Source of the DNA: the human T2T-CHM13v2.0 reference genome, Homo sapiens
Reading direction: 5' to 3' (one strand)
Assembly: GCF_009914755.1 (NCBI RefSeq)
Contig: NC_060933.1
DNA length: 64,000 bases
Both the position numbers and the translations under genes were made by a program. The notes under the pieces are model-generated. The model was given only the letters and a program-made list of their open reading frames with translations, did no database searches and was not told where the DNA came from. Below are positions 1 to 13,900 of this stretch, piece by piece. How positions within the stretch are numbered: the stretch's first letter is position 1; every line of letters starts with the position of its first letter.

Positions 1-279
<279 letters not shown>

Positions 280-1789
280 TCAGAGCATAAGCCAAAACAA
301 TTAGAAATAGCATGGCTTTAAATTAATTTTTCAAGAATCTTAAGGTGACAAATATTCTGTCATCTGTCATGCAAATCTAGTTCCACAGAAGGGCAAATTA
401 GGAATCCATTACCTGGAAAAACCATTCCTCATGCCTAGAAGAAGAATCTCTACAAGTAGGATTCTTGCTTTCAACATGCCCTTATAAATTGGAGTCAGAC
501 TGAATCATTTTTTCTTGGCAATGGACAAGAAAATCAGACTGTAACTGTAGCTTTGTCACTGAGAATTGGTCAACCATTTCAAAATAAGTTAAGTTTTCTC
601 CCTCTGATGTTTCTACTGGGGCTTGAAGGATTGATAAATATGCTTCTATTCTCTGTCAGAATTTTGAACTAAGGGAGAGATACCCAAAGATTCAGGCAGA
701 TGGAGATCAAGATGGCAGGTTTATTTTTAAAGGAGCTATGGGGAATCTTTGTGGTAACAATAGATTTTTCTGTTACTGTAGACACACATACCTTCCCAGC
801 CACAAGTGGTGCTAGACAACTGCACACCTCTCCATCCCACCTCCCATCCCAACAGATACATAGGCATTTTCTTCAGATGTTGATGAAAATAATTATTTTA
901 TCACTATATCCAGATAATTCCAACAAGCAATATGCTTGTTGAGGTGAAATAATTTTTCTAAGATACAAACAGAAAATATATACGATTGAAATAGACACTA
1001 GGTGATATTTCACATATGCAATATGAGCTCTGTTTCTTTGACAAGACAGATGAATGAAGAATTCATGTTTGAATGATTGGCATTAGTCTAAAGTATTAAA
1101 TAATGAAAGTGTCCATATTCTCTGCCCAGTATGATCTTTTAAAATATCATCCACACAAATACAAGTGAGGTCATATTTTTTACAATGAGGCATCAAATTT
1201 AAAGGCAGCAAAAAAGTAATGAATATACCTCTTAGGCTAATTGTTTACCTTAGTGGCTTTAATGATATGGAAAGTTGAAGTTTAGAGTGAGAAAAGCACC
1301 AAAAAAGAAAATAATCAGTCTCCTGACTTTCATATCTGGTAGTCTTAGAATGAATGTCAGAACTGTCACAGGTCAAATAATGGCCCAGTATGTTTTCAAA
1401 TAAGTGACACTGAACACCATGTTTTAGAAGTACATGATTGTCCTTCTTGATGTTAATCTCACAACTTAAGGACATGCTTGCCAAACATCATAATTTCTTT
1501 TAATAACTCATGTCAGATAAATCTCCAGTGGAGACCTATGCTCTGGACTCCAGACTTATGCCAAGTAGCCTAATTACTATCTCCACTTGCAGGCAAAATA
1601 GGCATCTCAAAGCGAACATACCTCAAAAAGAGCTCTTAATCTCCTACTATTCTCCCCACTTACCCAGCATCTTCCCCATTCTCACCTTCTCTCATCATGT
1701 TCCTCATATCAGGAGGTAATAGACTCCATCCTTATAGTTATACAGTTATTAAGCCACGAAACACCCTGTTTATACCCTTGGCAGCCCTA

Positions 1790-3102
1790 TTTTTTTCTTT
1801 AATTATACTTTAAGTTTTGTGATACAGGTGCAGAACATGCAGGTTTGTTACATAGGTATACATGTGCCATGATGGTTTGCTGCACCTATCAACCTGTCAT
1901 CTACATTAGGTATTTCTGCTAATGCTATCCCTCCCTTACCCCCCACCCCCTGACAGGCCCTTGTGTGTAATATTCCCCTCCCTGTATCCATGTGTTCTTA
2001 TTGTTCAACTCCCACTTATGAGTGAGAATATGCAGTGTTTGGTTTTCTGTTCCTGTGTTAGTTTGCTGAGACTGTGGTTTCCAGCTTCACCTATGTCCCT
2101 GCAAAGGACATGAACACATTCTTTTTTATGGCTGCATAATATTCCATGGTATATATGTGCCACATTTTCTTTATCCAGGCTGCTATCATTGATGGGCATT
2201 TGGGTTGGTTCCAAGTCTTTGCTATTGTGAATAGTGCTGCAGTAAACATACATGTGCTTGTGCCAACCCCATCAAAAAGTGGGCAAAGGATGTGAACAGA
2301 CTCTTCTCAAAAGAAGAAATTTATGCGGCCAACAAACATGAAAAAAAGCTCATCATCACTGTGCTGGGTCCATCCCGCAGACCCTGGCTGAGCAACAGAA
2401 GAAAGGAGTACTCAGACACAAATATACAGGGTAAGAGCAGGCTAGGAGGCTGCGAGCCCTAGGGGCAGAGGAGAGTTAGCAGTCTCAATAAGCCAGAGCT
2501 GCTTGTATTTATTCAGTACTGGTATAACGTCCAAGGCCTGGAGTCAACACAATTGCTGGGTAATTAACATTTTTGCTCCCTCTTACAGGGAGCAGTCTCA
2601 TGCTCAGAAGTTCAAAAGTCAGTTTCCTGATGACATAAGTAAACAAGCATATTTAGATAAACTTCTTCACTTTTCCTTGCACCTACTTCTCACCCTTAGC
2701 CTCAGAGAAAGAGAATTTTCTTCCTTCACCTTTATTCTCTCATGAAGCTTTTGCAAGACCTTCCAACCTTTCAAGAAGGCTTGTGTCTTTCCTTATAGCT
2801 TCTCCCACCACCCTGACCGATCTCCCACATCACTGGTCATTAGAGAAATGCAAATCAAAACCACAGTGAGATACCATCCCAAGCCAGTTAGAATGGCGAC
2901 CACTAAAAAGTCAGGAAACAATAGACACTGGAGAGGATATGGAGAAATAGGAATGCTTTTACACTGTTGATGGGAGTGTAAGTTAGTTCAACTGTTGTGA
3001 AAGGCAATGTGGTGATTTCTCAAGATTCTAGAACCAGAAATACCATTTGACCCAGCAATCCCATTACTAGGTTTCTACCCAAAGTATTATAAATCATTCT
3101 AC
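1790..3102 (-). mobile_element. 5'-truncated L1PA element with a 5' inversion (3' part 1790-2262 on -, inverted part 2263-3102 on +)
   Basis: Reverse-strand L1 3'UTR (TTATACTTTAAGTT...CATGTGCCATG). Switches at ~2263 to forward-strand ORF2 3' sequence (CCCATCAAAAAGTGGGCAAAGGA...ATAAATCATTCTAC). Confidence 0.88.
2362..2829 (-). mobile_element. Solo ERVK-class LTR (LTR22/HML-5-like) inserted in the L1
   Basis: TG...CA termini, 468 bp, exact 6-bp TSD TCACTG (2356-2361, 2830-2835). Subfamily assigned from memory. Confidence 0.75.
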
Positions 3103-3103
3103 G

Positions 3104-3394
3104 TTTTTTTTGACATGGAGTTTCACTCTTTTCATCCAGGTTGGAGTGCAATGGCATGATCTTGGCTCACTGCAACCACCACCTCCTGGGTTCAAGTGAT
3201 TCCCTTGCCTCAGCTTCCTGAGGAGCTGGGATTACAGGCACCCACCAACATGCCCGGCTAATGTTTGTATTTTTAGTAGAGACAGGGTTTCACCATGTTG
3301 GCCAGGCTGGTCTCAAACTCCTGACCTCAGGTAGTCCACCCATCTCAGCCTCCCTAAGTGCTGTGATTACAGGAGTAAGCCACCATTCCCAGCC
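3104..3394 (-). mobile_element. AluS SINE
   Basis: Reverse-complement full Alu dimer. Confidence 0.9.
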
Positions 3395-3697
3395 ACCCTC
3401 ATTTTTTTATAGCTCATACAATGTTAACAAATTTTATCAATAGTAATTCAAAACATCTTCAGATTCTGTTCCTGTCTCACCACCATCACTACCCCCCTGA
3501 TTCAAACCACCATCTCTCCACTCTCCAGTTAGGTTTACTGCTATAGCCGCCTAACTGGTCTTCCTACTTCCCTGTAGCCCCTTGCCTTCAGTCTATTCTT
3601 GTTTCTGCAATTAGGGTGATTCTTTAAGAATAAGTCAGACCGAGCCATTCTTCTCTTAAAACCCTCCAATGACTTCACTCTCCATCCCACTCAAGGT

Positions 3698-4132
3698 ATT
3701 AGTTTCCTCAGGCTACTGCAACAAATTACCACCAACTGAGTAGGTTAAAAGTACAGAAATTTATTCTCTCACAGTTCTGGAGGCTAGGAGTTGAAAGTAA
3801 GGTGTCATCAGTCTCAGGGTCTCTGAAGGCTCCAGGGGAGGATCCTTCCTTGTCTTTTCCTAGCTTCTCACAGTTGCCATCAATCCTTGGCATTCTCTGG
3901 CTTGTAGTTACATGACTCCATTCTCTTCCTTCATCTTCCCATACTTTATCCACTGTGTGTTTTTCTAAATATCCACGTTCTTACAAGCACACTAGTCATT
4001 TGATAAGGGCCCATCTGAATCCACTTAACTTGATTGACTAGGCAAGATTTTATTTCCAAGTAATGTCATATTTACAAGTACTGAGAGTTGGGATTTGAAC
4101 ATCTTTTTGGGGAAGACACAATTCAACCCACA
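3698..4132 (-). mobile_element. MLT1 (MaLR) LTR
   Basis: TATTAGTTTCCT...AAATTTATTCTCTCACAGTTCTGGAGGCTAG...ATTCAACCCACA. Confidence 0.7.
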
Positions 4133-4174
4133 TTACTCACATCCCAAAGCTCCTTACCATGCACGCATCTCCAG

Positions 4175-4326
4175 TCCTTTGGTATTCAAAGTGTGATACA
4201 CAGACCAGTAGCACCAGCATCCCCTGAAACTTGTAAGAAATATAAACTCTCCAGACCACCTGAATCAGAATCTTTATTTTAATGTGAAACCTTGGTGATT
4301 TATATGCAAATTAGAATTTGAGACAC
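4175..4326. mobile_element. MER5A-like hAT DNA transposon remnant
   Basis: CAAAGTGTG...CCTGAATCAGAATCT...TTTGAGAC. Confidence 0.55.
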
Positions 4327-6307
4327 ATACCCCTCAAAACGACCTGCCTACTTTTCTTATTATTTCATCTGCTCCTCACTCCATATCACTCTGTCATTAC
4401 TCTGCTTGTGTCATATTGGCCTTCTTGATATTCCTGTAGTGCCTGGACTATTCCTTCCCCAGATATTTGCATGGGTTATTTACTCACCTGCACCAGATAT
4501 AAAGATATAGTTATTATATATAGTGATATATAATTATACATATGTTATCACACATATATAAAACACAGTGCAGTTGTTCCTGGTTAATCTATTTTAAATA
4601 TACATCCTATCAACCCCATTCTTCTTCCTTGCTTTTTCTAATTCAAAAGTATTTATTTTCACAAATTTTTATCCACAGCTAAATATTACAGTGACTATTC
4701 CAAGCATTTTTCTATAAAGAAAGGTGTAGTTTACAGATTTGTTCAAAGTGGAAAAATATTTTCATCAGTAGTCTTTCTTCCCTGGTGTTAGGTTCACCCC
4801 TGAATATGTTCTGAACTCTTCCGGAGAGGCAGTCCTTCATCTAAATGTCAGTGGGTGGCAAAATGTTATATTCAAATCTGGATTATTCTGACACAGTGTC
4901 ACTTCAGAAAGTAGCTTAGTTTCATTTCTGGTTGATCCCCTTTGTTAGAATTAGGAATTTAAAAAAAAAATCTTTTGTATGTAATGATCTTTATAATAAT
5001 AATAAATCCTGCCCTGTGTTTGTCATTGGCATTAACCTCTGTCTACACCCTCTGATTCTCTAATTATGGCTCCAGTGGGTACAAAAGGTGAATTATGGTT
5101 ATTTGGCTCATGCAGCAAATTAATTGGAGAAACTGATGACAAATAGTCTGTGAAGAACTACAAGGTCTTGCCCCATGCTGTCCCATTTTAGTTACCATTT
5201 AGTTATGTAGGCATTACACAAATGCCTCAAATTAGGACACCTTTGCTGTCTCAGTAGGTCGAGTGTATGAAAATTTACTTTATGCAGAAGAAATAAATTC
5301 TAATTTATTGGTTACCAGAATCTTAATGTATGAAGGTTCTAAGTAAATATTTGATGAATTGATGGTAGCAGCGTTAATTTTTAAATGTTCCAAGCTCCTA
5401 GTTTTTTCGTTTTGTTTTTACAAAAGCCTTAAAGTTTGGTACTAAGGAAATCAAAGAATCAACTACCACCATCATGCTTCAGGGAAAGGGAAAAATGTCT
5501 ACCTTTGGGTCTAATCTGCCTCCCAGGCGAGCCTACAGGTACTAGAACTCTAACTGCAACTATGATGGCACAGGGAAAATGCATGTATGTAATATGCTTG
5601 TCGGCTTCAGCAACAACTCATGTATACATACACATTTACTATATGTAAACAGGTCCCGTATAATACTTAAAACACAAGTGTTTGATCTATAAATATTTGA
5701 TTCTTAGTATTTAAAATGCTTCTAATGTTTTAAAAGACAAAACTCCACCATGATATCACATTGAACATTAAAATTATTCCCACAGCAACACTTTTTTCAG
5801 AGAAACAATTGAGAAGTCAGTTATCTTAGTCACCACTAAAGGCACCTGGTGAGAAAAGCCTGAAGTAAATTTTAAATATTAAAAAATTAAAGAGACATCT
5901 AGTGCAGAGTTCAAACCTTTATGTTGAATTGTTTAAGAGTCATTACTGATTTCATGACGCTGATAAGTGTTTGAGATGAAATGATTTTTTAAAATGCAGA
6001 AAAAATGCTAACAGAATATTATATAGTTCCCCTAAAGATGCTTCTTCTAACCTCCAAGTATTAAATAAGATTGATCTAAATGTTAAGTACATATAAAGTA
6101 TATATTTGCTAGTCATCTATAAATTTTAAGTACAATTCCAGTGATATACCTGTATCTTTTGGAAGAGAAGAACTAAACCTGCCATTTCTTAGGCTAAGTA
6201 GACAATTCATAAGGTCCTTCCTTCCCCATTTATTCTGATTGCCAAGCTTTTGTTCAGTAAGCTCTTGGCATCTAGTGATTAACCAGTGACAGCAGACAGT
6301 AGTGTTC

Positions 6308-9300
6308 CTTGTGTTCCATATCGTATTTGCCATCCTCAATGTCTTCCAGGTGAGTTTTGCAGTGCGGGACTTTCAGGAAGATTTTATTCCTGTAGGACAA
6401 ATTAATGATAGAAACACAAACAAGAGTAGGAATGGGGAAGGATTTCAGCCCAGAGGAAGCCTCAGCTCTAAAGAGCAGTAATAATGAGAATTCAATGAGA
6501 TGGAAAGAACACATTCTTCTGATCCTATGGAACCTCATGCTTTTTATCACCTACATTATAATTTAGTGTCATTTCCCAGTCTCTGCTAAATACCCTGATT
6601 ACACCAGTAAAAGGAAAATCCCCATTTGTCTAAGATTATCTTGATGCAGTCTATTATCTCCTAAATGAAAATCCTGTCTTTGTGAGGACAGGGATTGCCC
6701 TTTTCTTGTTCATCACTATACCTCTATGCCTGATAGAGACCTTGGTACAGAGTAGGTTCTCAATAATCATTTGAATGAAATAAATCCTATGTACCACATA
6801 GCAGCTTCTCTGGAAACATCAAAAATCAAAGAACGAATGTCCTGTGAATGCCAGACAATCTGCTTGATTGTACTACAATGAAAAAAACATCTTCTTTGCT
6901 CTCCTGCAGCACGTAACTAATTACAATGCAGACCAGTTTGTTAGAAGAAATATAACAGAGGTATAGATAGCAAGCCTTTAAACCACAAGGAAGGAAGTGA
7001 TTAATTCTGTTTCACCCAATGGAGAGGTGATAATACAGGAAAAAACCTGCCCAAGGATTGAGGCCACTGTGAGCTTGTGAAGAGGCAGAGGCTGGAGGTG
7101 CACTTGAGATACTGCTTTCAGGATGCTTGTGCCAAGAACATATGAACCTTAATTTCTGTTACTGGGCCTGTGTCTCCAAGTTATAAAGTTCATATGTAAT
7201 GACCTTCATGATATGCCTCATTTGGAAGGAACTAGTTATCCCACCCCATAGCCAAGATTCTCATCACAACTATGTGAGGAATATTGTAGACACAAGAGGT
7301 GTATAAATAGCATAACCAACAGGACCTCCAGTTCTCAACCAAAGGAAAATGGGAAAATAGAAAATATCCTCCTAACATCATAACATTTAGAGTCCCTTGG
7401 TGTGGACCAACTGCCTCTCATTGAACAGTATCATGTACTGGACTCATTCCATAAACTCAGATAGAAAAAGAAGTAGTACAAATTTAACACCAGGTTAATA
7501 GTACTTTCTCTTTTGCTGGACAATAGACTATAATTAAAATGCACTTCTTTTTAATCTTTTTTTCTCAGGGATTATTCAGTTTACTCTTTGGATGCCTCTA
7601 GGATCTGAAGGTAAGAGCAATGACAGTTTCATGTTTCTAGAAAAGCGTGAAGTGCTTCTGGCATGTTGAAGTTACGATAGCTTCTTTTTAACAATGCAGG
7701 TACAGGAAGCTTTGCTGAATAAGTTTTCATTGTCGAGATGGTCTTCACAGCACTCAAAGGTAAACCTTTTCTCTGCAGATACTTTTCGTTTTATAACCTC
7801 ATGTATTCCACTAGCATTCTGAAGTACAGAGTACTAAATTTTTTCTTCAGGATTTTGATTAATTAGGCTAAATATATTGCATCCTCAAACCCATCTCCCT
7901 CAACAGCTATATTTGGCATAGATCATTCCATTGTTTTTGCTTCTCAAGTCATTCTGCCTATTAAACAGAGCCATAGAGCTGTCATTGAGATGCTACTCCA
8001 CATATTTAAATAGGGTTTAAAATAATATATGATATAAACTGAAGGTTGAAATCAAATGTTCAATGAGAAGCAGACTTCTGGGGGGATTCAAGGCATTAGA
8101 GAAAACAAGTTGAAGAATAATAATGGATAAAATTTTCTATAGTTCATTTTGGAACATAACTATTGCCCTTGGATATATCTGACTGCCTTTCACATGTCAG
8201 AAAATACTAGAAGCCTAACAAACAATAAAACTTGTATTTGACAGTTATTTTTCTAATACAGACGACAAGATTCCAGTATTTTAACGTGACCTCTGGGAGT
8301 GGGACTAGAGATGCCCGCAGTGACCACTAGAGGGTGGAAAATCAATCCTTCTAGGGATGTAAACAGCTTTGGTCCCACAAATTTGCTTTGTGATTTTCCC
8401 TTTTTTTCTCTCTTCTAGTCAACATCCCTGGGTTCATCCACACCTGTGTTTTCTATGAGTTCTCCAATATCAAGGAGATTTAACAGTTTGTTTGGTAAAA
8501 CAGGTGAGTAGTGGCCTCTATGTTCTCCCTGCTTGCCCAGAACACATTTGGTCAAATGGGAAGCCTCAACACCCCTACTCTTTCACCCCAATCATGGCAT
8601 TTACCTAAAATGTCCTCTTTTGGGGTAGAAGTTAAATAGAGGAACTTACATTTTCACAAATCACCAAAAAGTGGGTACAGAGGGCAGCTGCCTTTGTTGG
8701 GAACTTATAATAACTCATAAAGAATAAGATTTGGAGAATCTAGACAATGATTTGGAGAGCTGTCTGTCAAACTATCATCCATCAAAATGAGAACTGTAAA
8801 TTGCTGGCCTTGTCAAACACAGAGTTCTTCTCAAATTATGTCAAATAAGAGTAGATAGGTGATGTTTCAGGGTTACGGGGCAGCAAAGAATACAGTTAGA
8901 AAATCTTACTACAGGATCTCACTATTTAGGTTTGTTTTCCTTTTGTGTTCTTTTTATAAAGTGTGCTTGTGTTACACATGGAAGCACATAGAAGTGTGCA
9001 TGCATTACATAAGGGATCACCCTAGTTAGCTATTCTATTAGAAATATTCACAGTTAAATTTCTACCTTGGAAATTTGAAATGAATGGAATTAATAACTTT
9101 GGGCAACAGATCTCAGCTATTCTAGCAAATTGAAACCCCTGTCCCATGCCACCATCCCTCCCCCACAGGAAAATAAGCCCCAGGATTTCTTCTAGCTTTT
9201 TGAAACTCAACAGATCTCACAAATGCAGAGTTGAGAAATGTATCAATGTTCCACATTAAGGCTTTTCATATACAAGCAAATTTTGTGAATGCCTATAACT

Positions 9301-11720
9301 GTTAAAACTCCAGAGGACTTGGGTTCTTTTCTGCTTCAATTTGATGAATTACCCATGAAACTGGGGGACCTTCACTTCTGATTATGAAAGTCCCAATTGG
9401 GCATGTTTGGGGGCCCCATAAGTACCGTAACTTTGGTTTATGTTGTCAGCAGCCCCTAAGATCCCCCCAGGCCATGACGGAAACTTTGTTAGCGGTGGTG
9501 GCGGTTCAGCAATTTGATGGTAGGGTGGGCACTTCAACCCTTTTCTTGCCCGACACACACTCTCCACCCACTCCCTGTGCACAGTCCCCACCTCCCCGCA
9601 GACACAAGCCTGTGCAGTTGCTCAGAGGCTGCCTTCCTTGCTGCACTGATTCTCAGCAGTTCTGTTGACGTTCCTGACTCCTGCTTCTTTTCTGGTCCTG
9701 CCTTTTCTCTCCCTATAATTTTCTCTTTTCTTTCCCTTTACTCTCTTTACAAACCTCCACTTTCAGTAGAGCCTCCAGGTGCCTCCCAAGAGCTTCTGTA
9801 AGTCACCACAACCCAAGAGGACCAGGGAGATTCCCTCATGCAGATGTTCCCAGACCATGCATGTGATGGCATATGGAGGGCTTCCCACCTTGACATCTTC
9901 CCGTCCTTTGTAGAAACCTGGCTGCTGGTATGATGTGAAGTAGTGACTGCTTGTTGGCTGCCACACATGCATGAGAACGACAACTCTGTTAGTTCTCTGG
10001 CATTTCTAGGTCTTGGGAAGAGGGCAGGTATGGGTTGGTTTCCAGGCATGGCCGAGTTTACCTAGTGCCTAGACCACTGCTCCCCTGGGTCCCTTAGGAG
10101 ATGTTCACACCCCAAAGTTCATGATGGCTTGTCTTCAAGGCTGAGTTGCTGCTCTGTTTTTCAGGAACATATAATGTTTCCACCCCAGAAGCAACCAGCT
10201 CATCCCTGGAAAACTCATCCAGTGCTTATTCGTTGCTCAACTAAGAACAGGATAATCCAACATACGTGACCTCCTGGGGACAGTGGATGGATGTGCTTTT
10301 AAAAAGAGATCCTTGCAAAGCAATGGAGAATGTGTTCTTGGGGCAGGTTTCCGGGAGCAGATGTCAAAAAGACTTTCATAGAGAAGAGGCTTTCTTTTGT
10401 AAAGACAGACTGAAAATAATTGTTATGTTTATGTTTGTTCCCTCCCCCTCCCCCTTGTGTGATACCACATGTGTATAGTATTTAAGTGAAACTCAAGCCC
10501 TCGAAGGCCCAACTTCTCTGTCTATGTAATATAGAATTTCAAAGAGACATTTTCACTTCCTACAAATTGGGCACAAAGATAAGCTTTGATTAAAGTAGTA
10601 AGTAAAAGACAACCTAGGAAATACTTCAGTGAATTCTAAGAAGGAAGGAAGGAAGAAAGGAAGGAAAGAAGGGAGGGAAACAGGAAGAAAGGGAAAAAGA
10701 AGAAAAAGAGAAAGATGAAAATAGGAACAAATATAGACAAACAACATTAAGGGCCACGTTTTAAGATTTCCATGTTAATGATCTAATATAATCACTCAGA
10801 TAGTGCAACATTGAGAATTTTTTTTTAATGGCTCAAAAATGGAAACTGAAAGTAAGTCATGGGGAATGAATACTTTGGGCAGTGTCTTCCTGATGTCTTC
10901 TTAGCTAAGAGGAGAAAAAAAAGGCTGAAAAAATAGGGAGGAAATTCCTTCATCAGAACGACTTCAAGTGGATAATAATATTTATAAGAAATGAATGGAA
11001 GGAAACATGATTCTCCTGAGGCTAACTTTGTATGTTAAGGTTTGAACTAAGTGAATGTATCTGCAGAGGAAGTATTATAAAGATACGTCATTAGATCCAA
11101 GTGCTGATTAAATTTTTATAGTTTATCAGAAAAGCCTTGTATTTTAGTTCGTTCCATATTTTGAAAGCAAAAAATATATATTTTATATACCTTTCAATTG
11201 CCAAATTTGATATATCGCACTGAAGACAGACCCTGTCATATATTTAATGGCTTCAAGCAGGTACTTCTCTGTGCATTATAGAATAGATTTTAATAATCTT
11301 ATAGCATTGTACATTATTATTGCTGTTGTCACTGTTATTGTTACTGTGGATAATGGCCCTTGGTGTGTTGCATAGCTCCCTAGGTATTCTCTGTTTCCAT
11401 CTTTACTTTCCCAGACCAATATACATTAAGAATTTTGCATGGTCTAACTTGTGTTTATTCCAACCACTTGGAAAGCTCCTGGAAAGAAATTTTACATTTG
11501 GCTGTTCTGTGCTCCTAATGACACTTGACCTTGTTGAACAAATGGCAGAGACTTTCCCAAGGATTTGATTGTTTGTGAATTATCTGCATGTGTGCTTTTT
11601 TTCGTGTGTATGTATTTCATTAAAAAATATAAATACTTATGAAAATTGCATCCATATTAGAGTTAACCATGTGCTATGGATACAGCAACCCTACATTGCA
11701 AATAAAAGTCTGATCCCAAA
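6308..11720 (+). pseudogene. ADGRF5P: Unprocessed 3' fragment of ADGRF5 (GPR116): TM7, C-terminal tail and 3'UTR
   Basis: GT-AG exons: 6308-6349 (LVFHIVFAILNVFQ, 5'-truncated), 7569-7610 (GLFSLLFGCL*DLK, TAG 7599-7601), 7700-7759 (VQEALLNKFSLSRWSSQHSK), 8419-8503 (STSLGSSTPVFSMSSPISRRFNSLFGKT), 10165-10244 (GTYNVSTPEATSSSLENSSSAYSLLN*). AATAAA at 11701-11706. Confidence 0.93.
8321..8337 (+). promoter_or_regulatory. Candidate CTCF site
   Basis: TGACCACTAGAGGGTGG resembles the CTCF core CCAC(C/T)AG(A/G)(G/T)GGC; motif match only. Confidence 0.3.
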
Positions 11721-12618
11721 AGGAGAATAAGACAAAAATAGAGATGTGGGGCTACTTAGGATATGTGGGCTGTGTGGCAACAGAAATGGGCCCAGCCATT
11801 AGGAAGATGGGGCAAAAGAGGCTGAGATTCAACAGCCATTTCTTTATTGAGGTTCAAAGGAGTTTTCTTTTAATATTTTAACCCTTTAAAATATCTTCTT
11901 TTTATTTTTAATTTTAAATTCTACTTAAATTCTACTTCTGCCTCTCTTTTCTTCATGGGGAAGGAGAGGTATGGGACAGAGGTGGGACAGTTGATGTAAA
12001 TGAACTCTTTATTTCTACATATTCACAAATGACATAGACATCTACTTCCACATTTGCCTGAGAATTGTCACATCGCTGTCCCAAATGAATGGTGCATTAC
12101 TGAAAGTCCCTAAAGGAAATCATTGTTATGCTATAAATGCATGCCTTGTTCTTCAGGAATGATCAACTTTGGGCAGAGCTTGATACTAAGAAGATGGAGA
12201 CAGAGGTTGGGTTGGGGGAAATCCCTTGAATTAGAATTAGAATTAGAGAAAGAAGGCCTTTGGCTGATTTGGTTCCTGGAGTTATATCAAGAAGAATCGA
12301 GCCAGGCTTGGAACACAATGTTAGCAGGGCTATCTTGACATGATCAATCAAGGAAAGCACACAGTATCAGGAGCAGGATGTGGTTGTCATGTTCAAAAAT
12401 TCAGTGGGACAAGAAACGCTGAACTTCCACCCACTTCAGCCAGGATCCCTTGGGGAATCACTGTGTTCAACCCTGTGAAGGGAACTTTCATCGTAGCAGG
12501 AGCCTGTGGGAGTTACACAGGATGTGGATCTGGCCCACTGCTCCATTCGTTAACTGGGGCATGTTCCCTTATCCCCAACACACACAAATACACACATGCA
12601 CACATGTGCACATGTGCA

Positions 12619-12682
12619 CATACATGCATGTGTTTCACCCTTTCAAGCCACATACATGCATGTGTTTCACCCTTTCAAGCCA
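12619..12682 (+). repeat. Perfect 32-bp tandem duplication
   Basis: CATACATGCATGTGTTTCACCCTTTCAAGCCA x2, next to a CA/TG-rich tract. Confidence 0.9.
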
Positions 12683-13900
12683 CAGCACTGGGTCCAAATT
12701 CCAGAAAAGCTATGAAAGCAAATAATTGGAGAAACACTTGCTGGTTTTCTGCCCACTGCAATACAAGTTAGCCCAGCCACTACCCTTTCCCGGGAAAATC
12801 CTAAAATGAACAGTAGAATTCAAAATTGTAGAACAGCAGTTATGAAGCTGAGAATTTTATGAATGCAGGAGCCTCATTTGGCCCTGAGGTTGCCATCTCT
12901 CAATCAGTAATGATTACAAGGCTATTAGTAGCAGATTCCTGAGAATGAAGGCACATGGAGTTGTGCGATCTACTTTGTTCGTAAGGTGCCCAGTGCTTCC
13001 CTGTGTTCCTGACATCTCTCAGTGTATAAAGTCCATTCCCTGAGCCTAAACTTTCTTGCATTAAGAGCTTTCCATTAAGTCAGTTTCTTGCAAAGGGCTT
13101 TGTCCTAATGCATCAGAGTCTGTGAGGTTAGAATATTCACAAATGAGAAGCTAATACAGATTATAGGAATATTCTCTGGGAATATTCTAAGTCCAGACTA
13201 ACACATCATCTCTTGAGTAAGCCAGATGTCTGCTATCCTCCTCCCCCACTTCTTATTGTTTGCATGGGGAAATGGTTAAATAAATGTCTGTGGGGTTTTC
13301 AGGTTTTTGCTAAGGCCAGAAATTAAGAAAGACTGTGGGAAGTCACGGCCTTTTGTGGTTTGTATAGAGAATTTCAAAGAGATCCATGTTGGAATGCTTC
13401 AGAGAAAAAAAAAAAGTTACATGGAGCTGAGAAAGATTACAGTAATTAGTAAGTATAGAAAGGATGTGTGGGTGAGTTATTGAGGTGAATGGAGCAGGAA
13501 GTCACAATCATTTGAAGAAAAAAAGAAATAGGTGGTCCTAGAAATGCCAGGTAGGTGGAATGCGTTTATTTTGTGCCATGTGATGGTGAAGTCAAATAAG
13601 CCCTCCTCATCCAAAAGAGAAAACCCAGTGACCCAGGCCAGTAAAAGACTGATTTTTTAAGTGTCCAAAATGAAGGTGGAACTTACAGGGAACTTACCTC
13701 TTGATAGCGTTTTTAAAAGGGCAACCGGAATAGCATCTCATCATTTCGAGAGGACAGTAGTTTAGCTTTAATATTAGGTTCTGTTGGTTTCTAAAATTAT
13801 CACTTGGGATTTAAAATCACATCATGTATACCAGCACACAAATATGCTTCCTTTCCATACTATAACAATGAAATATCTAATGAGATCTCGTGAGCTGTCT

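Noticed and set aside
9747-10049. Near-identical peptide in ORFs 9747-10049 (-) and 25260-25469 (+), suggesting a conserved small protein
   Set aside because: Explained by the 173-bp inverted DNA copy; no independent sign of coding selection
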